Assembly (NCBI GenBank): GCA_964458565.1
Contig: CAYWJO010000005.1
Span: 52,375 to 116,374 of the forward strand
Direction of reading: 5' to 3'
DNA: 64,000 bases
Source: an uncultured archaeon
GTDB lineage: Archaea; Asgardarchaeota; Thorarchaeia; Thorarchaeales; Thorarchaeaceae
The notes under the pieces were generated by a model. The model searched no databases, was not told where the DNA came from, and worked only from the letters and a program-made list of their open reading frames with translations. The position numbers and the translations under genes are program-made. Shown here piece after piece: positions 48,979-58,752 of the stretch. Each line of letters starts with the position of its first letter. Positions within the stretch are counted from its first letter, which is position 1.

Positions 48979-49075
48979 TAGAGTCCATAAATCCTGCCTT
49001 CATCTCACCTTAAAAGAGTTGTGTGAATTGTGCGATTAAATGCACATTAATGGAGGAGGTATCCGAAAGTATTAG

Positions 49076-49150
49076 TGGCGAGCTCTGCACTCAAGATCCA
49101 TATCATCGTCATTACTGACTCATTGGGGTCAATGCAGTCATCACTCGCCA
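49076..49150 (-). ncRNA. Candidate small structured RNA with box C/D-like motifs
   Basis: 7-bp terminal stem TGGCGAG/CTCGCCA, GTGATGA (C), ATGA (D'?), ATGACGA (C'), TTGA (D?). TATA-like TTTTAAG about 22 nt upstream. Confidence 0.45.
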
Positions 49151-49200
49151 TATCTGAATTGGTTACAGTCCCTTAAAATCTCTAGTAAATCATGAAATAA

Positions 49201-49307
49201 TGGTGCGGCCACCGGGAATCTCTCAGAAAACGGAAATCGGAATCTGATTCGAACCCGGGCTAGAGCCTTGGGAGGGCTCTATCCTAACCAGACTAGACCA
49301 TGGCCGC
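49201..49307 (-). tRNA. tRNA-Gly(CCC) with 30-nt T-loop intron (~59/60)
   Basis: A cloverleaf with CCA is obtained after removing about 49218-49247. Relaxed BHB. Confidence 0.9.
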
Positions 49308-49419
49308 TGAAAATTGAGTTTGCAATAGTTTTGATAAAAGAGTATCGGCAATTCCCACAAGTCATATTTAGATAACTTTAGAATTATTATTTGCCTAATC
49401 ATACTGGGAGCTACAATAT

Positions 49420-50019
49420 TTGTCAGACAAAGAAATAAACGACATTCGTGAATTAATCGATTCGATGCAATCGCATCTTGTATTGCTGTTCGACGAATTA
49501 AAGGAACTTAGAAATCGATTAGAACTCATAAGTAGAGAAGCACCCGATGTTTCTACAGGTACAGTTGTCTCCCTCTTTTCCGGTGTCAAAAAAACTGAAG
49601 AATCTATAGACTCCATATCTAAAAAACATCCTGAAGAAACCATAAGTCCGCAAGTGTCCACAGCTTCTGAATCCACCAGTCCTTCTCTTGAGTCTGTTAG
49701 CGAAATCCCAATCACTGAAGAATCAGCATCAAGTGAACCTGATACTACACTAAAACCAATTTCAAGCGCCAAAGTTTCTCGCTTGTTAGATCCAATTGCC
49801 CATGAATTACATACTGGAGAGGCTCCTGCAGAAGTAATTGCAGAATATCTTCAAGCAGCTAAAGATAATCTCATCAATTCTGAAAATCCGAATGAACGTG
49901 TCGCACGTGATATGGATGTGGTTTTGAAATTCCTCAGAGCTCGAGGGCGAAAGGGGATAAGACCTGAAGAACGTGAAAATATAATGAAAAGGATACGTCG
50001 CTGGAAAGCCAATTTATAA
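49420..50019 (+). CDS. Hypothetical protein (coiled coil, S/E/T-rich linker, helical C-terminal domain)
   Basis: 199-aa ORF with plausible domain organisation; no recognised family. Confidence 0.6.
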   Translation: MSDKEINDIRELIDSMQSHLVLLFDELKELRNRLELISREAPDVSTGTVVSLFSGVKKTEESIDSISKKHPEETISPQVSTASESTSPSLESVSEIPITEESASSEPDTTLKPISSAKVSRLLDPIAHELHTGEAPAEVIAEYLQAAKDNLINSENPNERVARDMDVVLKFLRARGRKGIRPEERENIMKRIRRWKANL

Positions 50020-50059
50020 TTACTGACTTTCCAGAGAGTTCTTTGCGTGTCAATGTTAA

Positions 50060-50338
50060 TTATATGTCAATAATGATTCTCTTGACTTTGGTCTTTGATA
50101 TCTTCTTTAGACCGTGTTGTCCAGGTTCATATCGGCATTCTAACAGACCTGCTTCAAAGAGGATTTTTATCTGAGCACTAGCATTTGCTTCAGTTCCTCC
50201 AAGAAATTTTGCTACTCGAGTGACATCTTTTTCACCCTGTAGCAGATGCTTTAGTATATCGAGTCTCGTCTTTGATGAAAGTGCCCTTCCTATTCGTAAT
50301 ATTGCATTATCATCGCTTATCTCTAATGTTTCAGACAG
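50060..50338 (-). CDS. ArsR/SmtB-type winged-helix regulator, not in the ORF track, probable CTG start
   Basis: Manual translation: (M)SETLEISDDNAILRIGRALSSKTRLDILKHLLQGEKDVTRVAKFLGGTEANASAQIKILFEAGLLECRYEPGQHGLKKISKTKVKRIIIDI*. GAGGTG lies just upstream. Confidence 0.82.
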   Translation of the reverse strand: MSETLEISDDNAILRIGRALSSKTRLDILKHLLQGEKDVTRVAKFLGGTEANASAQIKILFEAGLLECRYEPGQHGLKKISKTKVKRIIIDI

Positions 50339-50541
50339 TAGTCACACCTCGCATGAGTTGACTGTTGCTCAAATAAGGGTTTAATATATCTATCTATAAC
50401 AACCTCATTATTTTTCTCTCAGACAGATTCTATCGTTTCTCATTCCTAGGTTGACAGCTTGATACTCAAATTTGTCTAACCAATAATGAACGATTTAATA
50501 TGATTGTTTTTTGATTATAGACCAAGTACAAGTTTGAATCG

Positions 50542-52626
50542 ATGTCAATCCTTATAGCCAAATCACCCAAGAGAATCTTGAGTGCAGAGCCTATGGGCGA
50601 TGATGACGAATTTATTGTTGGATTCGATATCCACCCTTCTCATAGTCCCCGGTCTACTAAGAGACCCAAGTTTGCTTGTGCTGTTCTACGTAGTGGTGTA
50701 ATACTTAGCGAGCATCCTGAGGTTTCTAGAAGCACCCTTCTAAAATTAGTACAGGAAATTAAACCGCGTTATCTTGCAACCGATAATGTATTTGAAATCG
50801 TTCCTGACAGTAAATCACTATTCCGATTTGTTGATAGAATTCCCCATGAAACACGAATTGTTCAGGTGACTGGTGTGCCGCCTCGTCAGATTGCCTTAAA
50901 ACGACTGGCAAAAAGACATGGAATTTCAGTAAGAGGAAAACCAACCCCACTTGAGTCTGCAGTTATAGTAGCAAAGCTTGCATTCATTGGAGTAGGTTAT
51001 ACTCTAGAATGCTTTGGAGATCACACTGAAATCAGAGTTACTCGAGGCCGAAAACCTGGTCGGGGTGGTCAAAGTGCCAATAGATTCAGAAGAAAAGTAC
51101 ACTCTCTTATCCAACAAATGACACGTTTCATAGAATCCGAATTGACCCAAGCTGAAATAGAGTATGATTTAGATTTAAGAGAATCTGATTTTGGCTATTC
51201 TAGCTCACGCATAGTTGCATATGCACCTCTTCCAGCTATAAAAGACCTGATTGAAATACGAAGGGGTCGTGATATCAATGTTGGAATCTCTCCTGTCCGA
51301 AAACGTGCAGAGTTTTTACCTTTAGAGCCAAAACCAACTCCCTCTACTATTCGTCCCAAGTTCTTTATCCTTGGGATTGACCCAGGAACAACAGCTGCAA
51401 TATGTCTCATGACACTAGACGGACACGCACACTATCTAAAGAGTGCTAAGGGCCTCACACGTGCTGATATAATCCGAGATGTATACGGACATGGTATTCC
51501 AATATTGATTGCTGCAGATGTTGATACAGAACCACGATTCGTCAAGAAAATTGCCAGTACTCTCAATGCAAACTTGTATACGCCTAACAAACCAATTCCA
51601 ATTGCAGAAAAGAACGAGATTGCACGCGAGTTTTCCGAGCGAATAAAAATCAAAAATGCCCACGAACGCGATGCTCTAACGGCTGCAGTTTATGCATACA
51701 GAAGTATCTTACCAAAGCTACAGCAAATTGATCGAAAAGTGCGAGAAGAGCAATTAACTATTGATCGTACCCATCTAAAGGCATTGGTTATCAAGGGCAT
51801 TCCAATGAATGAAGCAATTGGAAGTCTTATTAGCGCAGAACTTGAGGTTGCAGAAATTCCTCCTGAAAAAGCAGAGCCTGAGGAGGAGATAATTACACAG
51901 GAGAAATATGATAATCTAAAGAAAAAACACACCGAATTACTAGAAGATAACGATTCTCTCCTGACACAGATTGAAGACCTAAAACGAATTGTGGAGTTTC
52001 TAAGGTTCAGAGAAAGCGAACTGGAACATAGTCTAGAAATCGTTAGTCGTGACACCTATTGGAAGGTTAAGCGAGACCGCGAATTAGCCAAAAAGGCATC
52101 CGAGGTAAAGAATCTTCAAAATGAAACTAATAAATTCGAACAAGAGGTAAAGCAACTAAAAAGCCGGCTTGACCTTTTACGTGGTGTCAAGCGTCTCGAA
52201 ATGCGTGGAGATATGTTGGCAATAAAAACAATCGAGAAGTTCACACAAGAATCGATTGATGAATATCAACGAAAAGTAGGTCTGAAGAGTGGAGATATAG
52301 TTCTATTTGAAGATGCTAGCGGTGGTGGGCACCATACTGCAGGTTTACTAATCGAACGTGAAATTCGTGCTGTGGTAGTTGACACACCTTTATCCCATCT
52401 AGCGAAAGACAAGTTGATTAGGTCACTAATACCGGTCGTAGATGCTAAAGAAGTAGAGCTCCAACGAATCGATGAATTTGCATTCATTAGTAGAAAGAAA
52501 TTCGAACAACAACTTCATGATTTTCTGAAAGATGTTCGTGAAAAGGCACGACAGAAGGGTGAAGAAGAATTGATTTCCATGATAGAAGAATATAGGCATG
52601 GCGCCATCGATGATCGCGCGTTATAA
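50542..52626 (+). CDS. DUF460 / COG2433 protein (RNase H-like folds plus coiled coil)
   Basis: LATDNVFE, GRGGQSANRFRR, GIDPGTT, HERDALTAA, long coiled coil. Confidence 0.88.
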   Translation: MSILIAKSPKRILSAEPMGDDDEFIVGFDIHPSHSPRSTKRPKFACAVLRSGVILSEHPEVSRSTLLKLVQEIKPRYLATDNVFEIVPDSKSLFRFVDRIPHETRIVQVTGVPPRQIALKRLAKRHGISVRGKPTPLESAVIVAKLAFIGVGYTLECFGDHTEIRVTRGRKPGRGGQSANRFRRKVHSLIQQMTRFIESELTQAEIEYDLDLRESDFGYSSSRIVAYAPLPAIKDLIEIRRGRDINVGISPVRKRAEFLPLEPKPTPSTIRPKFFILGIDPGTTAAICLMTLDGHAHYLKSAKGLTRADIIRDVYGHGIPILIAADVDTEPRFVKKIASTLNANLYTPNKPIPIAEKNEIAREFSERIKIKNAHERDALTAAVYAYRSILPKLQQIDRKVREEQLTIDRTHLKALVIKGIPMNEAIGSLISAELEVAEIPPEKAEPEEEIITQEKYDNLKKKHTELLEDNDSLLTQIEDLKRIVEFLRFRESELEHSLEIVSRDTYWKVKRDRELAKKASEVKNLQNETNKFEQEVKQLKSRLDLLRGVKRLEMRGDMLAIKTIEKFTQESIDEYQRKVGLKSGDIVLFEDASGGGHHTAGLLIEREIRAVVVDTPLSHLAKDKLIRSLIPVVDAKEVELQRIDEFAFISRKKFEQQLHDFLKDVREKARQKGEEELISMIEEYRHGAIDDRAL

Positions 52627-52890
52627 TCATTCAGGGATCTGAATCCATAGAATGTTATTTCCACGAATGAGTACTGAACCATACTTTGCCTTTATTTGGT
52701 CGTTTTCAAGCTCTTCAGCATTTGATAATGTAAGGTTCATATACATATCACATCGTGTGAGCTGGCCCCGGAAAACTCTCTGGTCTTTTAGTTTGATTGA
52801 AATAACATCATTGAGAGCAGCTTCAAGAGCTTTAATTGGCATCTTCTCAGGCACAGTAATATCCTCAATCAGGTGCCCTTCGTGAATCAT
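52627..52890 (-). CDS. Sm-like (LSm/SmAP) protein
   Basis: Sm1 IKLKD...RGQL...D.YMNL.L..AEE and Sm2 IRGNNI. Confidence 0.93.
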   Translation of the reverse strand: MIHEGHLIEDITVPEKMPIKALEAALNDVISIKLKDQRVFRGQLTRCDMYMNLTLSNAEELENDQIKAKYGSVLIRGNNILWIQIPE

Positions 52891-52922
52891 TTAAAGTCTT
52901 TGATGCGAAGCAATAGCTTGTA

Positions 52923-53960
52923 TTGATAAAGCTTGAATTACATTCAGGTTGGAGAATGAACACTATGCGACTAAATTGTATTGGCTTAGAAGGAACTGCA
53001 CACTCTTTTGGTGCTGGTATAGTCACAGATGAAGGTGAGGTTCTAGTCAATATATGGGATATGCTATCTCCAAATGAGGGGGGTATTCATCCAAGAGAAG
53101 CTAGCCGCCATCATTCAGAACTTGGACCAAAAATCATCAAAGATGCATTTCATCAAGCAGGTATAACGCCTTCAGAGATAGATTTAGTCGCATTCTCACG
53201 GGGTCCAGGACTTGGACCATGTCTAAGAGCTACAGCGACTATGGCACGTACGTTGGCAATGAGTCTCAATGTACCCCTTGTTGGAGTAAATCATTGCATC
53301 GCGCATATCGAGATTGGATGTTTGGAATCCAAATTCATAGATCCAGTTACAGTATACGTATCAGGAGGTAACTCTCAGGTTATTGCATTTGCTGGAGGTA
53401 GATATCGAACCTTTGGTGAAACACTAGATATCGCGATTGGCAATATGCTTGATGTTTTTGGTCGTTATGCAGGTATGCCATTTCCTGCAGGACCCATAGT
53501 TGAACGTACAGCAAAAGATGGCAGAGTGTACCATACTTTACCTTACTCTGTAAAAGGGATGGATCTAAGCTATTCAGGTATGCTGACTGCTGCTAAGAAA
53601 CTCTATGATGAAGGTAAATCGCTTCCAGATATCTGCTTCAGTATCCAAGAAACTGCATTTGGTATGATTGGTGAGATTGCTGAGCGTGCAATTGCTCACA
53701 CAAAGAAGAAAGAACTACTTCTAACAGGTGGAGTCGCACGCAATACAAGGCTTACTGAAATCCTTCAAGGTGTTGCAAATCGTCATGATATAGCATTCCA
53801 CAGAGTATCGCCTTCTCTCGCAGGTGATCAAGGTGCAATGATAGCATGGACTGGAATTCTCCAATACAAGGCAGATGATTTTCTTGAAATCAGTAATTCG
53901 TATGTATTGCCGAAATGGAGGACAGATGAACAAGATATTCTATGGAGAGATAGTCAATGA
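52923..53960 (+). CDS. kae1: KEOPS t6A synthase Kae1 (start likely ~52956-52965)
   Basis: GLEGTAH, GGIHPRE, GPGLGPCL, VNHCIAHIE, GETLDIA.GN. Confidence 0.96.
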   Translation: MIKLELHSGWRMNTMRLNCIGLEGTAHSFGAGIVTDEGEVLVNIWDMLSPNEGGIHPREASRHHSELGPKIIKDAFHQAGITPSEIDLVAFSRGPGLGPCLRATATMARTLAMSLNVPLVGVNHCIAHIEIGCLESKFIDPVTVYVSGGNSQVIAFAGGRYRTFGETLDIAIGNMLDVFGRYAGMPFPAGPIVERTAKDGRVYHTLPYSVKGMDLSYSGMLTAAKKLYDEGKSLPDICFSIQETAFGMIGEIAERAIAHTKKKELLLTGGVARNTRLTEILQGVANRHDIAFHRVSPSLAGDQGAMIAWTGILQYKADDFLEISNSYVLPKWRTDEQDILWRDSQ

Positions 53961-54586
53961 ATGAAGAGCTACTAACACTTGGTGCAGAATCCGAGATTTT
54001 CCGCTTGCACAGATGGGGATTAGATTTAGTGAGGAAACGGCGTCCCAAGAAGCCCTATCTATTAGAATCTATAGATGAAAATCTACGAAATACTCGAATA
54101 AGTAGAGAGTGCAAGATGCTCACAATAGCTCGGACCTTGGGTGTACCAACACCTTCTGTATATGCTATCAACTATGAAGATAAATCAATAATAATGGATT
54201 ATATTGAAGGCGAACAGCTAAAGACTATTGTTCCCCTGATAAATGACGATGAACGAGAGTCACTATGCAAGATGTTTGGACAATATCTTGCTAAATTGCA
54301 TCTTGGTGATGTAGTTCATGGCGACCCAACTACAAGCAATCTAATTGTTGACAAAAAGGGAAGAATCTGGATGATTGATTTCGGACTAGCTGAAATGAAT
54401 GCTACTTTGGAAATGAAAGGAGTAGATTTACATCTTGTCCATCGAGCCTTAGAAACAACACACTGGAATTATCAGGATAGCATGCTTAATGCCGTTCTGA
54501 ATGGTTACTCAAACGTTATAGGAAATGAAGCTGAGGAAATCTTCGAAAGAATGAAAGAAATCAGAGAACGTGGTAGGTATCACTAA
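53957..54586 (+). CDS. bud32: KEOPS kinase Bud32
   Basis: GAES, HGDPTTSN, IDFGL, VDLH, RERGRY. Confidence 0.95.
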   Translation: MNEELLTLGAESEIFRLHRWGLDLVRKRRPKKPYLLESIDENLRNTRISRECKMLTIARTLGVPTPSVYAINYEDKSIIMDYIEGEQLKTIVPLINDDERESLCKMFGQYLAKLHLGDVVHGDPTTSNLIVDKKGRIWMIDFGLAEMNATLEMKGVDLHLVHRALETTHWNYQDSMLNAVLNGYSNVIGNEAEEIFERMKEIRERGRYH

Positions 54587-54677
54587 AACTCCTTTTCACA
54601 AGCTTTATATCGAAACCCAGAGCGCCGTCAAGACGAACCCGTTTTCTGGGGAAATATAGCCTTCAGAGGTTATCTTA

Positions 54678-55139
54678 ATGGCAAGAATGCACACACGACG
54701 AAAAGGTCAATCTGGAAGTAAAAGACCTTCCACTTTACTCAAACCCGAATGGATTGAAGAAGAAAAGAATGCAGAATGGGTTGAGGAGAAAGTAATTGAA
54801 CTTGCCAAAGCAGGTAACACACCATCTATGATAGGTACTATATTGCGTGATCAATATGGAATTCCTCTAGTAAAAATCATTACAGGGAAAAGTGTTCTAG
54901 ATATTCTAAGGGCAAATGACCTTACACGAAGAGTCCCAGAAGACCTTCGGAATCTAATAGCAGCTGCAGCGCGAATGCGTAGACACCTTGAAGAGAACAA
55001 AAAGGACTATGTATCAAAACGCTCATTGCAACTTGCGGAAAGTAAAATCCATCGTCTTTCCAAGTATTATCGTAAGCAACAAGTTCTTTCAGCTGATTGG
55101 AAATACAGTCCTGATCAAGCTGCAGTACTTCTAAGATGA
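54678..55139 (+). CDS. rps15: 30S ribosomal protein uS15
   Basis: MARMHTRRKGQSGS, IG.ILRDQYGIP, PEDL, ESKIHRL.KYY. Confidence 0.98.
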   Translation: MARMHTRRKGQSGSKRPSTLLKPEWIEEEKNAEWVEEKVIELAKAGNTPSMIGTILRDQYGIPLVKIITGKSVLDILRANDLTRRVPEDLRNLIAAAARMRRHLEENKKDYVSKRSLQLAESKIHRLSKYYRKQQVLSADWKYSPDQAAVLLR

Positions 55140-55201
55140 TTCCTTAGAACATTCCTTCCTGAGATAGTTTTATCATTGAGCAGAATTTCTATATCTGCGT
55201 A

Positions 55202-56542
55202 ATGAGTCCTGAAAGCTCCAATCCTGAAAGTCTAGCGGAACTTCAAACTGCTTGTAAGACTATATCTGAATTGACATCTACACAATTCACAATTGTATGT
55301 TCTCCTTATCCAGAGATGATGCTGTCAGGTGCACTTCTCTGCAAGGCAATCATGAGAACGAAAAGATTGTTTCAGGTCCAATATTCAGAACCAATAATCC
55401 CATTTACGAAATTAAATGCTATGCTGGAAAAACATCCTAATTCCACTATGATTTTCATTGGAGTTAATATTGAAGGTAAAGGACAATTATATCCAGTCAA
55501 ACATCCGATACTCATGATGGCTGGTGAAACTAAATCTAGAAGCTCAAAAATCATAAAATTAGGGTTCCATGATTCTATTTCCGCTCTAACATACTCGTTC
55601 GCTCAAACTCATTTTAGAACAACGAATGAAGAGCTAACATTAGCTGCAATTGGAACACTACTTCAATATGGAAGCAGCCATCAAAAAAAGGGTGCAAATC
55701 TAGAAATAATTCAGCAAGCCATCGAAAAGAAATTACTTCAGAATACTAAGGGATTCAGACTTTTCGGAAAGAACTCATTGCCTATTTACGACTCACTTTT
55801 CTATAGTATTCATCCGTATATACCTAGGATTAGTGGCAATGAGGAAGCTTGTAATGAGATAGTTGAGCGAGCTGAAATTCCATTATCAAAGAGGAATTTT
55901 TCACTTGACGCACTTAGTTCAAGTTATGCACAAGCAATGACCCAACAGATTGTGCCAAGAATAGATTCCATGATGACTTCCTCTATTCTTGGTCCCGATT
56001 TTCTTCTCTTGAGAGAAGATTCTGATACCCCTCTTCGCTATTTATCCAGTGTCAATGCATTAGTCAATACTTCATGGGCTCGAAGGAAAATTGGAGACTC
56101 TTTCGCCGTTTGGCTTGGAGATCGAGCTAGGTCTCTTAGAAATTTACTTGATTCTCATATGATTCATTGCAGAAATGTACTTGCAGGTGTCAGACTTCTC
56201 AAATCTCGACTCGAATCACTTGATGTTAAAATCGAATCTCTTAATGAAAGAATTGTAATAATCCCGCCTTTAGGAATACATATTGAATCATTATCCGATG
56301 TCGGTATTATTGCTCTTACTCACAAAATCATAGAAGCAGATACAGCAATATTACAATCCGAAAACTCAATCGATGTTGTCAATCTAGACCAGGATTCATT
56401 CTTTCTTTTACTAAAAATTCTTTCAGATTTTGGTATCAATTATATTACAACATCTCGGAAGTCATTGAGAGTGGTTGAAACATCTAAACAAGATAGACAA
56501 ACCGTTCTAAATGCAGTCACCAAAATGACAAAGGGTGAATAA
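55202..56542 (+). CDS. Degenerate DHH/RecJ-like protein
   Basis: Occupies the conserved position between rps15 and pcc1. Central segments FRLFG...P...L.YS.HPYIP.ISG.E.AC fit this family. DxD and DHH motifs are absent. Confidence 0.6.
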   Translation: MSPESSNPESLAELQTACKTISELTSTQFTIVCSPYPEMMLSGALLCKAIMRTKRLFQVQYSEPIIPFTKLNAMLEKHPNSTMIFIGVNIEGKGQLYPVKHPILMMAGETKSRSSKIIKLGFHDSISALTYSFAQTHFRTTNEELTLAAIGTLLQYGSSHQKKGANLEIIQQAIEKKLLQNTKGFRLFGKNSLPIYDSLFYSIHPYIPRISGNEEACNEIVERAEIPLSKRNFSLDALSSSYAQAMTQQIVPRIDSMMTSSILGPDFLLLREDSDTPLRYLSSVNALVNTSWARRKIGDSFAVWLGDRARSLRNLLDSHMIHCRNVLAGVRLLKSRLESLDVKIESLNERIVIIPPLGIHIESLSDVGIIALTHKIIEADTAILQSENSIDVVNLDQDSFFLLLKILSDFGINYITTSRKSLRVVETSKQDRQTVLNAVTKMTKGE

Positions 56543-56783
56543 TATGCGTGCAGTAATTAAGCTCTCATTTACCTCCTCTGAAATAGCCAATCGTATTTCC
56601 TATGCAATAGTTCCAGATAACACACCTCTTCCAGAAGGATTGGAAATTGATGTAGAAACAAATGGCGCCAATCTTATGATAACTATCATTTCCGAACGAG
56701 GTATCGATAGCTTTCGAGGAACAATAGAAGATGTAATGAGTTCAATTGATTTATCATTAAGAACTATGACCACACTTAGATGA
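56535..56783 (+). CDS. pcc1: KEOPS subunit Pcc1
   Basis: I.L.F.S.E.A..I..A..PDN, SFRGTIED. Size and context fit. Confidence 0.85.
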   Translation: MNNMRAVIKLSFTSSEIANRISYAIVPDNTPLPEGLEIDVETNGANLMITIISERGIDSFRGTIEDVMSSIDLSLRTMTTLR

Positions 56784-56791
56784 TATTCGAA

Positions 56792-58309
56792 TCAGCTTTG
56801 TGAGTTTTTACGTTTGTCAACTATCTCATTATAGACAATATCCGTTCTTTTATGGGCTTGGTCAGCCATATCTTGCGTTATGAAACCCCGTTGTACCGCT
56901 CTTTTCAATAGATGTTGATCAATGATTCGAATTTCACCATTCTCTGGAGCAACAATATCAATTTCCAAGTCGATATATCGTACTCTCCCCGGACTATTTC
57001 CTACACACGGATACACCTCGACTCCTGTATTCACATTGATATAGGTCCCCTTAAGAATTCCTTCACGTGAATAATATTTAGTGACAAGAGTCATCGATTC
57101 TGGTACAACTTCTGTTACTGCATAATCTCCTTCATCACGAGGAACATCCACATTATCCGGATAGTCCTGCAGTATCTTTAGTTTTCTACTTGTATATCTG
57201 AACTGCCTTCGCACCTTAAAGACAAGCTGATCGACATCTATAATTCGCCCTCTGGAGAGAACTATGTTCCTACCGTCAAGTTTCACATGCTCGATATTTA
57301 TTGGATCATCTTTCTTTGGCATATCCCGATTGAATATTTTCTCTAATTTTGATGTGATGTACTTTTTCTCATCAGGGCGTTCCTCAATTATCATTTCTGC
57401 AAAATCCACAAGAGGCGCATATCCTGCGCTTTTGTAGAAATGATGAAGATTCACAGTAGGCTTAATTTTAGCTCGTGTCTTATCTAGCGCATTTTTGACT
57501 TCAGCTGGGAATTCAATATCTGCATTACTTGTCCCTTCAAATAAAATTCCTGCCCCCTGTATATTCGAAAATTTAGTATAAACTTGCTGTGCAGTATCCA
57601 GAAGGTCGTCAATCTCATTATGAAGTTCTTCGTCTGTGAGTCGTTTAGCAGAGGTTCTCCATAGAATACCCCAATTATCAGAGTGCTCTCGAATTTTCCT
57701 TCCAAGCTGTGCTAACTCTCTTCTTTTGTCCTGTTCCTTTATTTTAGTACTCAAACGTACAACTGGCTCTGGAAGTAGAACAGCTGCTCGTCCAGGAATA
57801 GTAATACTTGATGAGAGGACGGGGGCTTTTCGTCCATAATCATGAGCTCTAACCTGAACCATCACATATTCGCCTCGTCGGAGTCCTCTGTCTGGAAGAA
57901 GTCCTGATATTGAACCAAGATCTATTCTTGTCTGACCCGTTTTTTCGTCTCTTCCTTGAACGCACCCTCTATAGATAGAACTCTTAGCAACTCGAGGCGT
58001 TCGAGTAATTACCCAACCTAATCTTCTACGTAAAACATCAGATAGTCTGTCAAGAATTGATTCGTAGGCAATTGCAACTATTCCTTGAAGGTCACTACGA
58101 TCCCAAATATCTACATCTGGAATTTCGCTTCGGAAGGGGAGACCAAACCTTCTAGCCACTTCTGGGATAGGTTGAACTATCTCGAAATGGTTCTGTAATA
58201 GGATTTGGGTCAACGACTGCGAATAGATTCCCCTGATTCTTGCCTTTATCATGTACAAACACGAGCCCGGACATATACCACGACAGCCCTGTTTTAGGCT
58301 GACGTTCAC
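56792..58309 (-). CDS. fau-1: RNA-binding ribonuclease FAU-1 (DUF402)
   Basis: RIRGIYS..LT, S1 domain, WGILWRT.A, HHFYK, GTYINVNT, YIDLEID. Confidence 0.9.
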   Translation of the reverse strand: MNVSLKQGCRGICPGSCLYMIKARIRGIYSQSLTQILLQNHFEIVQPIPEVARRFGLPFRSEIPDVDIWDRSDLQGIVAIAYESILDRLSDVLRRRLGWVITRTPRVAKSSIYRGCVQGRDEKTGQTRIDLGSISGLLPDRGLRRGEYVMVQVRAHDYGRKAPVLSSSITIPGRAAVLLPEPVVRLSTKIKEQDKRRELAQLGRKIREHSDNWGILWRTSAKRLTDEELHNEIDDLLDTAQQVYTKFSNIQGAGILFEGTSNADIEFPAEVKNALDKTRAKIKPTVNLHHFYKSAGYAPLVDFAEMIIEERPDEKKYITSKLEKIFNRDMPKKDDPINIEHVKLDGRNIVLSRGRIIDVDQLVFKVRRQFRYTSRKLKILQDYPDNVDVPRDEGDYAVTEVVPESMTLVTKYYSREGILKGTYINVNTGVEVYPCVGNSPGRVRYIDLEIDIVAPENGEIRIIDQHLLKRAVQRGFITQDMADQAHKRTDIVYNEIVDKRKNSQS

Positions 58310-58333
58310 TCCTATTAGAGGTTAATGAGAAAT

Positions 58334-58597
58334 TTAATCTCGAATTGGTTCAAGAAGACTGGAAACCTGCCAGATTTTTGTCCTAGCATGGTTTGGACAG
58401 TTTGGATCTTGACTTGGTTCGTCCAAGATTGAAATTGCATTCTGCGCTCTCACAGCGGGCGAATCCGCCTCGTTCTCAAGGACCGCTATTGCCTCATTGG
58501 CTGCACGTCTTATGTTCCGTGGAACCGAAGAATCTTCAGAAATCTGCTTAAGCAGATGTTTTGATTGGTCTATACTCCTCTGCGTTTCGGGGTCCAT
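58334..58597 (-). CDS. UPF0147 family protein
   Basis: D.SVPRNIRRAA, AISILDE.SQDPN.P.HARTKIW...S.LE. Confidence 0.93.
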   Translation of the reverse strand: MDPETQRSIDQSKHLLKQISEDSSVPRNIRRAANEAIAVLENEADSPAVRAQNAISILDEPSQDPNCPNHARTKIWQVSSLLEPIRD

Positions 58598-58752
58598 GAG
58601 GACTCACCTCTAAATTGTCTTTACGCACGACATTGTTGTGCGAATAACAAAAACAGACTGCTGCGTTAGCAATATCAACGTTTTCATTAGTATATGCCGA
58701 TTGATACTCAATCAGTATATAGCCTATCTAAGCTATTAAAAACACCACTGAT

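Noticed and set aside
48979-49075. Replication origin directly upstream of cdc6
   Set aside because: No ORB-like TTCCA...GAAA plus G-string is seen. There is only a single TGTGAAT, which is insufficient.
49076-49150. SECIS element
   Set aside because: The GA/AG quartet register does not fit, and it is not downstream of a CDS with an in-frame UGA.
54616-54650. Hairpin upstream of rps15 as an S15 leader
   Set aside because: The TATA box at about 54604-54610 would place the TSS inside the hairpin, so its 5' arm is probably not transcribed.
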